From assembly GCF_000315625.1 (NCBI RefSeq), contig NW_005434652.1, positions 504,156 through 568,155 on the forward strand: a stretch of DNA of 64,000 nt, in the 5' to 3' direction. The DNA comes from Guillardia theta CCMP2712. Lineage: Eukaryota; Protista; Cryptophyta. Below, piece after piece: positions 48,650 through 61,720 of this stretch (the stretch's first letter is position 1; each line of letters opens with the position of its first letter). Under the pieces are notes generated by a model. The model saw only the letters and a list, made by a program, of their open reading frames with translations, searched no databases and had not been told where the DNA came from. A program made the position numbers and the translations under genes.

Positions 48650-48748
48650 AATACGGGAAAAGAATGCGATACATGTTCAAGTCGAATACTTGTCAGGAAC
48701 TGACTGTGAACGTTTTGGGAATTACTTGATTTCATAATTTCAACCTGA

Positions 48749-49504
48749 CTAGAACACAAGAGAGCAGACTGCGCTCAACCATCCTCCCTTACGCACATTC
48801 ACAGATGAGCGCTGCTCTTTGATCCCTTCAGCCCCTGCCCTCCAATGTAAACGCATAGTCAAGTCGCAAGCACACAAACTTACAGCTCCCACTGTCAAGT
48901 TTTGGATGGAGCTATCGTTGGTTCCAACCACCATGTTGTCAAACCGGTCGCTGCGCAGGTCCGTGTAAGCAGCACACATAAAAAAGTTACCCTCTCTCAC
49001 CCCTCCTCTGCTGGGCCCGAGTTCTCCGCAAAGTAACCGCCCGGGGCAATGGGCATCATAGAGAGAGATTGGAAGCGTTGGAGATTGCTGAACATCTGCA
49101 GTGCAAGAAGAATCATCAGACGGCATGCACCGTCGGAGTCTCTGGCTGACGCATCTACGACCAATGTCTAGTTTCAAAGCAGGACACTCCTGCTGCACTT
49201 CTTCCTCTCTGCTGCAGCTCATATTTGTAATATTCATCTCTTCTTTTATCTCAGCAAAGATACTTCCACATAGTTTGATTTCGATTCTCCTGCACTTCAT
49301 CCCAAGTTCACCTTCATGCCCTGACTTCCTCCTCTGCCGTACAACCTTCACTCTTGCCGATCTCCTTCCTCCACAATGACCTAGTGCTGTCACCGTTTCG
49401 CTTTCCCGTCATCTTTTTGCTAAGGCATTCATCCGTGTGTCTGTAACCTGTCTCTCCCTCCGTCTCTCCCTCCCTGCTTCCTTGCCCAACCTTCCCTCCA
49501 CCAT
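48749..49504 (-). CDS. Hypothetical protein (weak support)
   Basis: 214-aa ORF plus a plausible upstream exon; no recognisable domain. Confidence 0.3.
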
Positions 49505-50308
49505 GTCGATCTATTTCTGGGACAACGGCTTTCAAACAGTTCTAACGTTTTGTAACCGTTCGATTCCGACTCTGGAACCCAGCATCTCCGATTGTACCGG
49601 ACCTCCGGGCCCGCCGTGCTTTAGTTACGAAATACCTATTATCTAGAGCTGCCTACCATATTGATCTAATATCAATCCTGAGGGGAACTTGTTGATGTGG
49701 GGGTGGTGGAAAAGGCAGACAATACAAGGGGTGGTCGAGCCTGGTCTGGTCTCTTTACAGCTTCTATATCTCCCGCACTTGAAATCACAGCGCTTTGCGA
49801 ACTGTTTCTAAAAACTATTTTATGAATGTTCTGAAAGAACATTTTTTCGGTATCTGGGGGATGCTTGATGCCCTTCGCTGAAGTTCAAAAGATTTGGATT
49901 TGGACAGAGAGATGAGATGATTTATGTAGACTCATATGTAAATGAGGGCATCATCGAATCATTGCCTTCATAACCCCATCACCCCCCACGGGTCTCCAGA
50001 TTTCCACCCCTATCCATCAGATCGCGCGTCACCGCTGCATTCAGTCACAAAAACAAGTACCCTCACCCCCTAATTTATGGAGGCTGTACCCTCCATCATC
50101 AGAGGGCTGGGGCCGTCCTAAAAGGTTTTAGAAAGCTCCATTCTATATTGCGTCTTGCCGAGAACATATATTTTAAACTAAAAATAGTTTTGAGAATAAG
50201 AATCCTTTTCAAAAAAAGGTTTCCGGTATAAATGACCCCCACCCCACATCCCGTTGCACATCGTGATTTCACCCCCCATTTCTATTCACAAAATCACCCC
50301 CCCTGGTA

Positions 50309-50463
50309 GGACAACCAGGCTGCAAGTCGTTCATCTACCAAGACGAACTGCTCTTCCATCAAGACTCCTTGGGTCGTCGTCGCATCTGCATCCCCATCGC
50401 CATGCGGCCAGCCATACTCCGCATGGGCCATGACGAAGCGGGTCACCTCGGCTCTGACAAGAC
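50309..50463 (+). mobile_element. Ty3/gypsy-type LTR retrotransposon pol fragment (integrase zinc-binding H2C2 region), cut by N-gap
   Basis: FIYQDELLFHQDSLGRRRICIPIAMRPAILRMGHDEAGHLGSDKT matches the R.C(I/V)P...R..IL...HD..GH.G..KT consensus. Confidence 0.8.
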
Positions 50464-50563
50464 NNNNNNNNNNNNNNNNNNNNNNNNNNNNNNNNNNNNN
50501 NNNNNNNNNNNNNNNNNNNNNNNNNNNNNNNNNNNNNNNNNNNNNNNNNNNNNNNNNNNNNNN
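50464..50563. other. Assembly gap (100 N, likely unsized)
   Basis: Exactly 100 n. Confidence 0.99.
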
Positions 50564-50940
50564 CTACGAACCTACGAACCACGCCAACAACTACCCCCAA
50601 ACCCCCCCGACCAACTCCACCCCCCCCCAAACCTTCCAAGCCCCCCCCCCCCCCGTCCTCCACACACCCACCCCAAACCCTGCGGTTCCCCCCGTCCCCC
50701 TTCCTCCTTTCACCCAGAGGGTTTCTTTCGACCAACCCTCGGCTCTCTGTTCCTCTACTCGACCTCTCAGGGTCTTCTCATCTCCTTCCCCTATTTCCCT
50801 TCCTCGACCAAAGTTTTTCTTCTTCGAGCTACAATTGCTGACAGTGTGATTGGGAATGGATGTGTTGGCATAAGGTCGAATCTACTTCAACTTGCCGCCT
50901 GCTCCGTGGCTACTAACTCAGTGAAGAACCCTTCAACAAC

Positions 50941-52843
50941 ATGAACTCAGTGTTGAGGTCGGTTGTAGTCGTCTGGGTGTTAGCCCATTCGTCCGAATCT
51001 TTCCTGACCCAGTCACCAAACATGCTCGCGCCGAGCTCCATGAGAGCAACAGTCTCATGTGGGGTGAAGTCGATACGGAAGTTGAACATCGTCTGTAGGA
51101 TGAGATCTCCTGGTAGCGACAAGAACAAGCCTGAGAGCCCTCAGATGCCCAAGAGGAGCCGGGCTTCCCGCGGCAGCTCCACGCGAACAGGGCGCGCACA
51201 TGTCAGTGCAACTGGTGCAGGGACGCTTGAGCGGGAGAAGATCGAGTATGGGGCATATAAAGGAAGGAGAGAGAATGTACGTCTTCTTTCATGCCTTGAA
51301 AATGCTGACTTGATTTCAACAGGATGACGCGCCAAGATCAAATGAGATGCCTCCACAGAACAGCTCACCATTCATCTTCACAATGTCCAAGGGGAGAAGC
51401 TTTGACCGTAGCTCAGGCGAAAGTGAAATTGTTCCCAACGGTGAGGACCCTACCAAGTTCGAAGCTTGGAACATGCTCTCTCCCCTGCGAAATGGTGTCT
51501 CTAACCTTGGGGAGAACATTCTGAGGAATCTTCCCACGTTGAATGCTCGATCAGATTTTGAAATTCCAGATGAAAATCTGAAGCAAAAGCCGTCGTGGAC
51601 TGAGTCGGAGTACAAAGAAACCTCGAGCATCCGGTTTAGGGACGGTTGGGCGGAGTCGTTTCCGTCTGCCGTGGACGCCGCTAGCGGAGACATCAACAAG
51701 CTTCCAACACGGATTCCTTTTCTCTTTGGAACTCAGAGAGGCAAACGAGCTGCTATGGCAGTCCTGGCTCCGCCTGAAAGCACCTCCTTGTATAAGAGAA
51801 TTCCTTTCCTCCTCGGATCAACCAGACCACCTTCGGAATTCATAACTTCCGCCGCGGGGATAGGAATGGGAGAGGATGTATCGAACGAGGAAGAGGAGCT
51901 GAGAGCCCTGATGATTGCCAGGCAACGTGCAGAGCATGCCATGCAAGCGCTGCAGAGGAACAGAGGTGGCCAATCCGGAGATGTAAAGCCTTTTTCGAAC
52001 ACTATGCCTTCTTTTGTGCCAACGAGGCCCTCCTCGCCATTTGCTGTCAACGTAGGCACACCAAATGTTCAAGGAAGCAACGAGGCAGCCGTCTTGGAAG
52101 TTTGTTCGTTCGATGAAAGCATTTTATGCAATGATATGCATCTTATTGGAAGGCAGAAAAGAACTGTTACAAAGATTGGCCGACTGGAAAGTGCCTCGTT
52201 TGCTCTGTGGGGTAAGAAGGTGTTGACCGGCGTGAGCGAGTGGGTTCTGCGAGTGGAGAAACAGACTGGCGTCATCTTTGTCGGTGTGATGGAAGAGCCT
52301 CAATTCCCGAGCCATGGCTTCGCGCGAAACCTGGGGACGAGAGCATGGATGCTCGGGAGTTACGGGTATGTGTGCAAAACAGAGCGATGGGGTCAGCGAT
52401 CACTTACAGAGGTGAGAAGCAGCTGCTTGACTTGCTGGCCTGTGACTGATGATGGCTATGTAGGACGCAAAGAGACAAGTTGGAGACCCTCGAGTCGGTG
52501 CGTTGTCGTTCGGTACCGGCACGATCATCAGGATTGTGCACGATCGCAACTCTTGCTCCTTGACGTTTGAGGTGAGGAAGAGTGACCAGTCGGTGTGCTT
52601 GTTCTTACGAGTTTGTTGCAGATCTCGAACGAGAAGAAGTTCACCATACCGGACGTGTCTCCCATCGCTCGACCATTCGTGAACATCGCATGTGGAGGGG
52701 ACAGCGTTTCCATCATAGACCCTTCGGTGGACACAGAACGAGTTCCCTTGGAAGAGCTTGAGCCACGTTTCGAAGCTAGGGCTGAAGTATCTGCGGATCA
52801 GATGGAAAAAATTCGAGCAGAGGCTGAAAACTTCTGGACTTGA
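50941..52843 (+). CDS. Putative plastid-targeted protein with C-terminal SPRY/B30.2-like domain; multi-exon
   Basis: MNSVLRSVVVVWVLAHSSES-FLTQSP.. (signal peptide, +1 Phe, Ser/Arg-rich transit). SPRY-like TGVSEWVLRVE..IFVGV...AWML...GTIIRIVHD...LTF...RPFVNI. Confidence 0.65.
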
Positions 52844-53023
52844 AACCTTGTGCTGCTGAGAGCACTGTGAATATTGTTTTTGTATGTTGTAGATAAACGT
52901 CACCGACGTCAACCTCCTTTGCGATGTGAAGCTCTGCACTTGCAACGTACTCGCATACTACGAGTTCACTCATAACACTAACGACAAGTTAAATTTACAC
53001 TTCAATCTCCAGCGTGGGATCAT

Positions 53024-55576
53024 CTACGGCAGCAGCAGTTTGATCTTCTTCCACATGGTTGGCTTCTTCCCTGGATGTCCCAACTTGGCCCCCACGATGT
53101 CAGCGGGCAGAGTCTCCAAGTTCCTTCCTCCTCCTGCCACGTGGTCAGAGGGCAACGGCAACAAGGGATGCACTACCGGTGGACGGGCCACTCGGAGAGG
53201 AGCTGCTCTCTCCCTTGGTCGCGCTTGCAGTCGTCGCAGCAGGAGCGGGAGGGGGTCGTTTGCTCCCTTGCTGCTCAGGCTTTGCTGGTTCCAGGACGAC
53301 AGTCCAGGAGTCGAAGGCCTCAAGCTTGCTTGCCACGTCACTGGATGATGAATCAGTCACATGGCGAAATGAAACAAGGAAGGGTAGAACGAGAGGAGAG
53401 GAAGGAGAGGAGAGGAGAGGAGAGGAGAGGAGAGGAGAGGAGACGAGAGGAGAGGAGAGGAGACGAGAGGAGACGAGAGGAGGAGGAAAGACACAGAATC
53501 GGATGTAGAGGCACCTTGAGATCATGACGCAAGGGATGTTAAGCGCATCGAAGGGCATGCCATCGTCCGTGTAGGACATCCCAAACGTTTCTCGGTCATG
53601 ATTCGCGACAACGCAGGCGACGGCGCCTGCGGCAACAGCCACACGAGCCTTCTTGGTGAAGGGAGCCCCTCCTCTCTTGATGTAGGCGACTGTGTTCCTG
53701 CCATGACGTTTCAGCGGGCTCAACGGGGTCGCAGGGGAACAGCCACCTGATCTGATCCGCATTGGAGAGTTCCTGATGGGCGGTGATGGGGTCGGCATGC
53801 ACTAGAGGGCCCGAGATGTGCTCGATGGTGCCGTAGGTAGCGTGACGAGCCTGCAGCCCCCAGCTCAGCGAATCTCACGGGAATTAAAGGAGCAGCTGGG
53901 TATTCAGTTACCTGCGCACGGATCTCCACGCCGGTGGGGGAGGTGAAGGTGACGTGCGACCAGTGAGGGGCCAGACGCTCCGACGGGTGCACGTGCTCTC
54001 GGCCTGCGACGTCGCCGTCAGCGTTGCTCTTGCATGTATCAAGTTCGGGACCTGCAATGAGAGCGGCTTCTCCTGGAGGCAGAGGAACGTAGTCGGGGTG
54101 ACCTGATAAGCCGTGAGCATCCGAGGCACTCGACAAGAGCAGAGGGCAACCAGGAGGGAACATGAAGAATCCCCCGATCTCTGTGCGGGTAGACGAGGAG
54201 GAGGCTGCAAGGACATCCGGGGAGGACTCGTCTGACTCCGGGATCCAAAGCTTCGTGTCTTTGCCGTATTTGTTGTACTTGGCTTGTGTGTTCGAGGGTG
54301 CAAGGAAGATTTTCTTGTTCTTGTTCTCTCGGTCCACCTGTGAGTTCATGTGTGAGCAGCTTTAACATCACCAAGACAGAGGTGATATACCTTCTCTGAT
54401 CCCTGTGTGGAGCAATAAATCTCCTTCAAAGACTCTTGTGATATTTTCTTCTCGTCCTCTGTCGCCGACTCATCATGCGGGCGGATTCGAGAGTAAAGGG
54501 TGAGGTGCTTGTGGCTTGATCCAGACCCGCGTATCAAGTCGAGGCAGACGACGTCACATGGCGAGTCACGAACGACGCTGCCGAAGGCCTTGAGCGAGGA
54601 GACTTTGCGTCCGTTGACTTGACGGATGACATCCTTGACCTGAGGGCACATCATGTTAGAGGCAGACAACAGCAACATGTCAATCAAGTTCAACCTCAAG
54701 TCCTGCTTGACCCGCTTGACCTCCCGGAACCACATGAGTGACTGTCAGACCTCTGCTCTTCTCTTCCATCCTCAGTCCCATCTGTGTACCCTCTCGGCCA
54801 TCTCGTCCTGCGCTGTTATTCCAATCATTGGAGGACTCCTTCTGAAGGCTCGTGGGTGAATCAGGAATGTTCCCACCACACCGAGTGCAGTAGACAGCTT
54901 TTGCATTATCTTGCTTCTCACTTCCAGAGTTCTCCTCGTCGCTTTCCTTGTTCTGGTCATCGAACACGGCAAGCACCTTATCCATGGACTTCCACGATTC
55001 TTGGATCCTCTTGAATATCTCCACCTCTTTGTCGTGAGCGGCTTCGCTCATGCTCACAAGCTCTCGCTCCCATGACTCGGATGGGCAAGCTGTGCCTACA
55101 GCTTCGTGGTCACGCTGTTGGGTCCTTCCAATCCAACGGTCAAGCTTGCTTCTGCTGCGGTTCTCCTCGGGGCAACGGTCACGTCTCAGTCGAGCTAACC
55201 ATCGGTCGAGCTTGTTCTCACTGTGCAGACTTTCGGGAGAGAGCGAGAAGCAGTCGGGGCTCAACCCGGTGCCAGGGCTAACCTTGGTCCGCGTGATCCA
55301 CCTGTCAAGCTTTGATCGCGGGGGATCCTGTGCGCCTTGAGGGGGAGCGGTGCTCGAGCTTCCCTCGCTGTCAGTAGGAGAGGTCCCAGGTCCGATGTGA
55401 GCAACGATGCTGCTGGGCACTCCTGAGCGCCTGCACGAAGCCAAGATCGACACAGCTTGAGCTTCTCTCAAGCCAGCCGCAGAGGCGATTTCCCTGAGCT
55501 GCTGCAAGTGTCGATTCCTTTCTTCCAGCAGCGTCTTTTCGAGCAGCGCGACCTTCTTGTCCAAGGCACCTGACAT
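53024..55576 (-). CDS. PDZ + PA (protease-associated) domain protein; multi-exon, may have further 5' exons
   Basis: PDZ: MGLRME...LTVTHVVPGGQAGQAGLE|VKDVIRQVNGRKV. PA: ADPITAHQELSNADQI..VAYIKRGGAPFTKKARVAVAAGAVACVVAN...IPCVMIS. Confidence 0.75.
53405..53482 (+). repeat. (GAGAG)n microsatellite, intronic
   Basis: Tandem 5-mers. Confidence 0.9.
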
Positions 55577-55675
55577 GATGAACCTGCAAGATGCGGGTGA
55601 GTTGTTGCCGACGAGGAAAACGGATAAGCGAATCAATCATAGCCCCATGTGAACCCCCCCGCCTTTGTGCCGTGT

Positions 55676-55709
55676 GCCCCTGCCCCTGCCCCTGCCCCTG
55701 CCCCTGCCC
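55676..55709 (+). repeat. (TGCCCC)n hexamer array (= GGGGCA on the minus strand)
   Basis: Tandem hexamers. Confidence 0.9.
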
Positions 55710-56711
55710 ATCTCTCTGTCTCTTCCTCATCCTCTAACACGTTTCCTCTTCCACTTCTGTACTCATGGTATTCATGAATAGCTCCTCCTCCTCAGACCCC
55801 TCGTCACAGGGTCCCCGACAGTCGAACCTATCCTTCTCCAACTTTCCTTGGCGCGTTCAATCCTGGTCATCATCGCCTTCCATTTCACCTGTTCCATCGT
55901 CTTCCTCATCGTTACTTCACTAGTTCTCTTCCTGCTCCTCTACCTCCTCCTCCTCCTCGAACTCGCAATCCCTCGTTTCCTCATTTCGCTGGAGTCCTCA
56001 TTTTCACTATCCCCATCCAGAGATGTACCCCTGTACAGAAGGCTAAAACTACCCCTACTCGAAGCAACCCTCATCCAAGAGTCGAGGGAGGGGTAGTAAA
56101 GGTATTGGGTACCAAGCATGCCTATCTGAAATAGGGGGGTAGGTTGTCATTAGGAGGGACCCTTAAAAACAAGGGTAGTTTTATAGGATCTTGGGGGTAG
56201 GTAATTTTTAAAGCAGGGTGGTAATTTCGACACCTAGGGTAGGGGTTTCTTGGAGGTAGGCTATCCCCCGAGGGGTGGGGTAGTATGGCCTTTGGTACTC
56301 TAAGGGGTCATTGAAGCTCCTGAGCTCCGCCCGAAGGGTCAGGGTACCACCCCCATTGAACACCACCCTATTTGAGATCAACACACCCCTTCCGAGTACT
56401 ACCACTACCCCACACATCAATGAATCAGATACAAATGCCATGCAAGAAAACGGATACCCACCCTACATCTCTGTACCCACCCCCTACCCCTGAGAATACC
56501 CCTGCCTTCCTGTACCCAAGATCCCCCAACTAGCTGTCCCTTCAAGTTCCGACCGGCCGTTACGTCACGTTGCAACTGACGTTACTTGACCGTTACACGA
56601 AAGGCCTCCCCAAACTCCAACTTTCCAAACTTTCACTGCTGAAACTTTCAGAATTTCTCGTTACTAAACTTCCGAACTTGTACAGTTTGGCGAGCAGCGG
56701 CTGCGGCTGCG

Positions 56712-57466
56712 ATGCTAGCGAGCATGTTGCGACAGGCGTCTAGGAGATGCGGGGGGGAAGCGATGAGAGCCTCCTGCCGCCTCCTCTCCTCCTCCTCTTC
56801 CTCATTCCCCCGTCCCAGAGTCTTGTCGTCAGGATTGCCAACAAGGCCCTTGAATTTCCTTCCAGGCTTCACTGCCCTCTCCTTCAGGAGCTTTCACTCT
56901 AGTTCTTCGCTCCTCCTGCTGCCATCGCACAACAAGGCTATCCGCAGCATGCTTGGTTACAATCCACTTAGCATGGTTGGTGACCGATTCGCTTCAACCA
57001 AGGTTGCAAAGAAGAAGAAGGTGGAAAAGAAGATAAAGGTCAGGGCTGTGACGCGGAAGCTTGCCCCCGGAGAGCTCCCCTACCCTGACAATGGTCTCGG
57101 AGTTTGGCTGGACGGAAACACCACACCTGAACAAGCCACGAAGAGACTAAAGAAGAAGCTCTTGGCTGATGGACTGCCTCAAAAGCTCAGAAACAACCAA
57201 GTAAGACATCAAGGGGGTGAGGACATGCTGTACTGATCTCTTCCCGCAGCGCCATACCCGACCAGCTGAAGCGAGGAGGAGAGCAAAACAACTTACTATC
57301 AGAAGGTGAGCTCTGACTCTCTGAACGACAGCGCCTTTGACGGATGAGCAGGCGAGACAAGAAGCGTGTCCGTGACAAGCTCAAGCTGGTTTATGAGAAG
57401 ATGAGGGAGAAACCGATCGAAGAACTTTTTCTTGAGGCGCTCAAGGTCTCGGAGAGTATAGCCTAA
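56712..57466 (+). CDS. Mitochondrial ribosomal protein bS21-like, with mitochondrial presequence; 2 introns
   Basis: Arg/Ser-rich presequence MLASMLRQASRR...; VWLDGNTTPEQATKRLKKKLLADGL...|RHTRPAEARRRAKQ matches the S21 pattern. Confidence 0.68.
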
Positions 57467-57723
57467 GATGTAGAGGCGAGAAGCTTCGACACTTGCTGTT
57501 GGTCAGCATCAACAAACTCTCCACAACCACATGTGTCTTCCTGATGCCTTTTCAAGATGAGCCAGGGGCTCTTTCATTCTCATCGGTATGAGCTTCAATG
57601 ACTGGTTTCTTGTCTCTCAAGTCACTTCGCGCATGCTCATACAATCTGCATCGACTCTACTAGTTCAATTCCTCCTGGCAGGAGTGCGAGACCTGTTCGT
57701 TGCTCACTAAAGGTTGTGTGCGG

Positions 57724-60700
57724 CTAGTAGAGGTCAGGCTTGGTGCCGCTAGTAGTGGTCAGGTTCCCAGTTGACTGGAAGGAGATTTGCACGGAATGAG
57801 AGTCTGCAGTACAGGATGCGTCAGGTAGAGAAGCGAGCGCGAGTTCCCTGCCTGTCGTCGATGGTAGGCAGGAGGAGTTTCCCGTGGCTTCCTGGCAAGT
57901 CCGTCCTGAAGAGCGACGCACGTCAGATCACGAGGGTCAAGCTCTGAGGGCTCACATTGGCTGCTCCGGCAGAGGCCCCATGATGTTGTCCCCGGGATAG
58001 TCGCCAGTGAGACCTAGCTCACCGGGCAGGCGACCTCTGAGGAAGAGAAGCAGAGGCAAAGGAGTTGGCACGAGAGAGCGAGTCAATTTGAGGCAAACGA
58101 GAAAGGGGGGAGAGGGGGAGAGTGAGGAGGGGGCGAAAGGATGGCGAGAGGCAAAGGAATGAGAGGAATGGAACGCGGATGATCAGAGTCAAACGTCAGA
58201 GCAGCGCCAGGCAATGAAAGGCAGGAGAGCGAGGAGGAGCAGAGGGGAGAGCTTGCCTGAACCACAGAGGACCTTCGATGCGGGAGCTTCTTAGGATGAG
58301 GGTGCTCTTCATGCTCCTCAACCCGGAATAGAACGCTTCGTTTCTCGTCCTCGTTATCCTACCCCATCGCTTTCAAACATCTCAAAGCGCAGGAGGGCGG
58401 CATTACGTGCATTTGTAAAGGACGAAACAAGCTTCATCGTTGTATCCTAGAAGAGCAAACTCACTGGCAACATCGAAGGGTTGCTTCTTTTCCTTGCCTA
58501 TCGCTCTATCATTCTGGTCGAAGTTGGTGTCCATTGCAACCACCGCTGATCTGTCCTGGGCGTACACTCCCAACCCTGCTGGAATATCAGAACAGGTACT
58601 CTTTCCTCACCCGCGGCCCCCCCACACCCCCACACCCTCCTCCTCCTCCTTCTTTCCCTCCTCCTTGCACCTGAAGCTCTGCCAGTCTTGTCTACAGTGC
58701 ATCTCGTAAGCTGGCATTGGCTTTTCCCTCTGCCAGCAATTGTCAAGCATATCAAGTGTGCTGGCCCTCGTGTGTCTACGAGCAGTAGATTCCGTCGGCT
58801 GCCGAGTTCAAGCTGATAGGCCAGGCGAACCCTCCCTGACAGAGAGTCAGATGCTTCTGAAGCCAGCAACACAGACTACCACTCCACAGGCAATGCAGGA
58901 CACGTTCCCTTCGCTCATGAGCTTGATCGCAATGCCACCAGCAGAGCGAAACTGTCGTTCGTCATCCTCTCGAGACTTCCCACTCCCCCCACCTGGGACT
59001 TGCGGAACTTCCAAGGACCTGCGTGCACCTCGACGCATCCCTAAGCGCAAGTGAACTTCAAGCGGGGCCTCACGAGGGTCTACCGTGAAGCACAGGTTGG
59101 TAGTATGTAGCATCGTCATCGTCTCAATGCGGCCATGCGCCTGCACCCTGGCGGTCATGCGTTGCAACCACTCGCTGCCTCCTAACCCATAGCCCGAAGA
59201 TCAGCCTGCCCCAGCTGCGAGATCGCGCCTCCCCTGTCATGTTCTTGCACCAGTCAGCGTCTTCACTTCGGCAGGTGAGTTTACGAGGGTTCGGAATGAT
59301 GTCTTTATGGAGAGCGGATGCCGGCCTTTGGGGTGGTCGCCGATCTCGATGGCCTGCGTGGGAAGCGCGTGACTGTCAATTGATGTCTTCAAGCTCCCGG
59401 AGAGCTGATGTTTCCTTCCTACCTCTTCGTATCGATAGTCCCCGCTCCTCACAAAGAGGGACTGGCCCTAACAGACAAGGTGACTGCAGTGTGTGCGATC
59501 CGAAGCGCGTCCAGCAGACCTCAGACAAATTCTTCATGGCCAGCTTGACACTTGGGAAGTCGCGAGGGATTTCAATCTGGCGCAGGAGGTTTACCAAGCA
59601 CGCCAATTGCGGATGACAAGTTGCGTACAGTCGCGTCAGGGGCAAATTCAATCTTCTGAGGAGGGTGATAGCGTTGGAGGACCTCCGGCAGGTACCTGAG
59701 AAGGAAATAAGGAGTGATCCTTGAGAGGCATGGCCGACTGACCACCACGTGTCAACAAACTCGGGAGGACAACCATCTTTGAGCGTCTTCGAATCGAGAG
59801 CTCGGACCTGGAAGGTTTGGAAATTAGACAAACAACTGAGAGAATCGGCGTACGAGGTAAGGTTTCAATGCGTTGTCGTCCTCTACAATCACTCCGACGT
59901 CCTTCGAAATACAAAAAGCATCACAAAGACACAGATTTCGAATTGCAGAATACTGCTTAACCTCCGGTTTGAGGGGACCAAACTGAGCATCGTTGAGTGG
60001 CAGGTCAGAATCGAGATCTGAGACCTGCTCACTGGTCAGTCACTGGGAGTGAGCACAGGAGCTTCGCACGTCGTCCCTTCCCGGCTTGAGGTACTTGGAG
60101 ACGTTGAAGGTCTAGGGCAGGCAGTCAGGTTTCCTACCGACCACTTCCCATCCACCTTAAAATCTTTCGAAAGCGTCACAAGATCTCCAACTCGGAACTG
60201 ATGCTGGGGCGGTCGCTCTTCGAGAGTCACATTCCTCTCATAATATCTGCATGGTACGGCATGCTATCAGTTCCGAACGCTGTTGCTGGGAGTTGAGATC
60301 ACTTGTATTTCTCCTTCAGATAGGGATACAAGCGTTTCTTTCCTTCTTCGTCCACTTGGCCAAGATATCCCTACAGCACAACCTAATTCAGCAATGGAGC
60401 ATGCTGCTCGCTTCCAATCACTTCGGGATTGTCTTCCAATATCCTTTCAATCTCATCCTTCTCGGAGGATTCAACCTCAGAACTATCCGAATCTTTGTCC
60501 TTGTCGAAATGCATGTCGTAGTCCCCATACTTATTCTTGTCTACCCCAGCGTACATGTCATCGTACCTGCAAAGAAAGAATCAAATATTGTATTCCAGCA
60601 ACGTTGCAAACCATTTATTTTCTCCCAGTATGAGCCTCTCTTTCATTCCTGGAGGGATGGCGGCTCAAAATCATTCGCAGAGGCCAGGTGTACAGACCTC

Positions 60701-61110
60701 GGGCAAGCTGTTGATCTTCATCCTTCGCGTTCGCCTCTTCGGGCCAAGGTCGGTCGTTTTCCTCGCCATCATCGAGGAACGGGTCTTTCGCGTCAAGGTC
60801 GTAGGTTCCCCATCCCTTGTCGACCTCCTCCGCTGCAACGAAAACTCATCTCAGAGAAATGGAGACGACTTGATCAAAATCTGTCACCGTCGTTTCCATC
60901 GCCTCCTCGCATTCTCAGTGAGTTAGCGCAACGCAGCGTCCAGCGTTCAAGGCCTCTTCCCTGGTGGTAGCTGTGGGGGGGCGCTGGGGCAGGAAATCTC
61001 CTAAGGGTGTGAACAAGAGCAGCTGACCCAGCGCTCTTGTCCAGGGCAAAACCAAGGAAGCTGATCCAGATGCAAAGGAGAGCCTCATCATGCATTGCCA
61101 TCGCGCTCAT
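57724..61110 (-). CDS. Hypothetical multi-exon protein: acidic region, SH3-like barrel, probable pectin-lyase-like beta-helix
   Basis: FRVGDLVTLSKDF...GPLKP...VGVIVEDDNALKPYL|VRA...WW; IEIPRDFPSVKLAM is typical of beta-helix starts. Ends are approximate. Confidence 0.45.
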
Positions 61111-61720
61111 GTTGTCGGTCTGACTACTGCTCCGCTCAGTTGCAACAGAAGAGCATTGCCATCATCAGCACATCATGGATGGAAGATAGGACAAGCGATT
61201 AAGGCCTGATTGAATTGTAGATGTTACCACATGAAGGACAGAAATCATCGCGCGCCCTTCCCTCTTGTCAGTTTTCTCAGAAATATCTCCTTCTGGCCAT
61301 TCAACTCGTTATCACTCTTCTTCTGTGCATTTCCTCTCCAGTCTCCTTCTTGTATTTCCCTCCTTCCCCCCCACGCTCCCTCCTTTCCTCCCTCTCTTCT
61401 TTTTCTATCCGCTCCCTCCTGCATCTCCAACCCTTCTCCCTCCCTCCTTCCTCATTTTTCGCATCTTCTCTCCTCTCCTTGCATCATCTCCGCCTCCTCC
61501 TTCTCTCCTCTCACTGTGAGTTCTTCCTCTGTTACTCCAAGCACACAGCATTGCGACCAAATGCTTTGGCAGCAGGGAGAAAAGACAGCAACTATCTTTT
61601 ACCTCCCATACTACCTCTTTCTCTGAGGTGTCTCAGGGCATCTAAAACTCAATTAGCTCGATTACTTCTCTAGTCAGTCCTTCGGTCTGAGGCGGGCAGG
61701 CCGGGGGTCCTCGCGCTACA

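Noticed and set aside
56555-56600. GTTAC/ACGT/GTTGCAAC cluster as an X-box or CRE site
   Set aside because: Short degenerate words with no full consensus; cannot be told apart from chance.
60251-60970. 239-aa hydrophobic plus-strand ORF
   Set aside because: Antisense of the acidic minus-strand exons; the hydrophobicity comes from reverse-complemented Glu/Asp/Lys codons.
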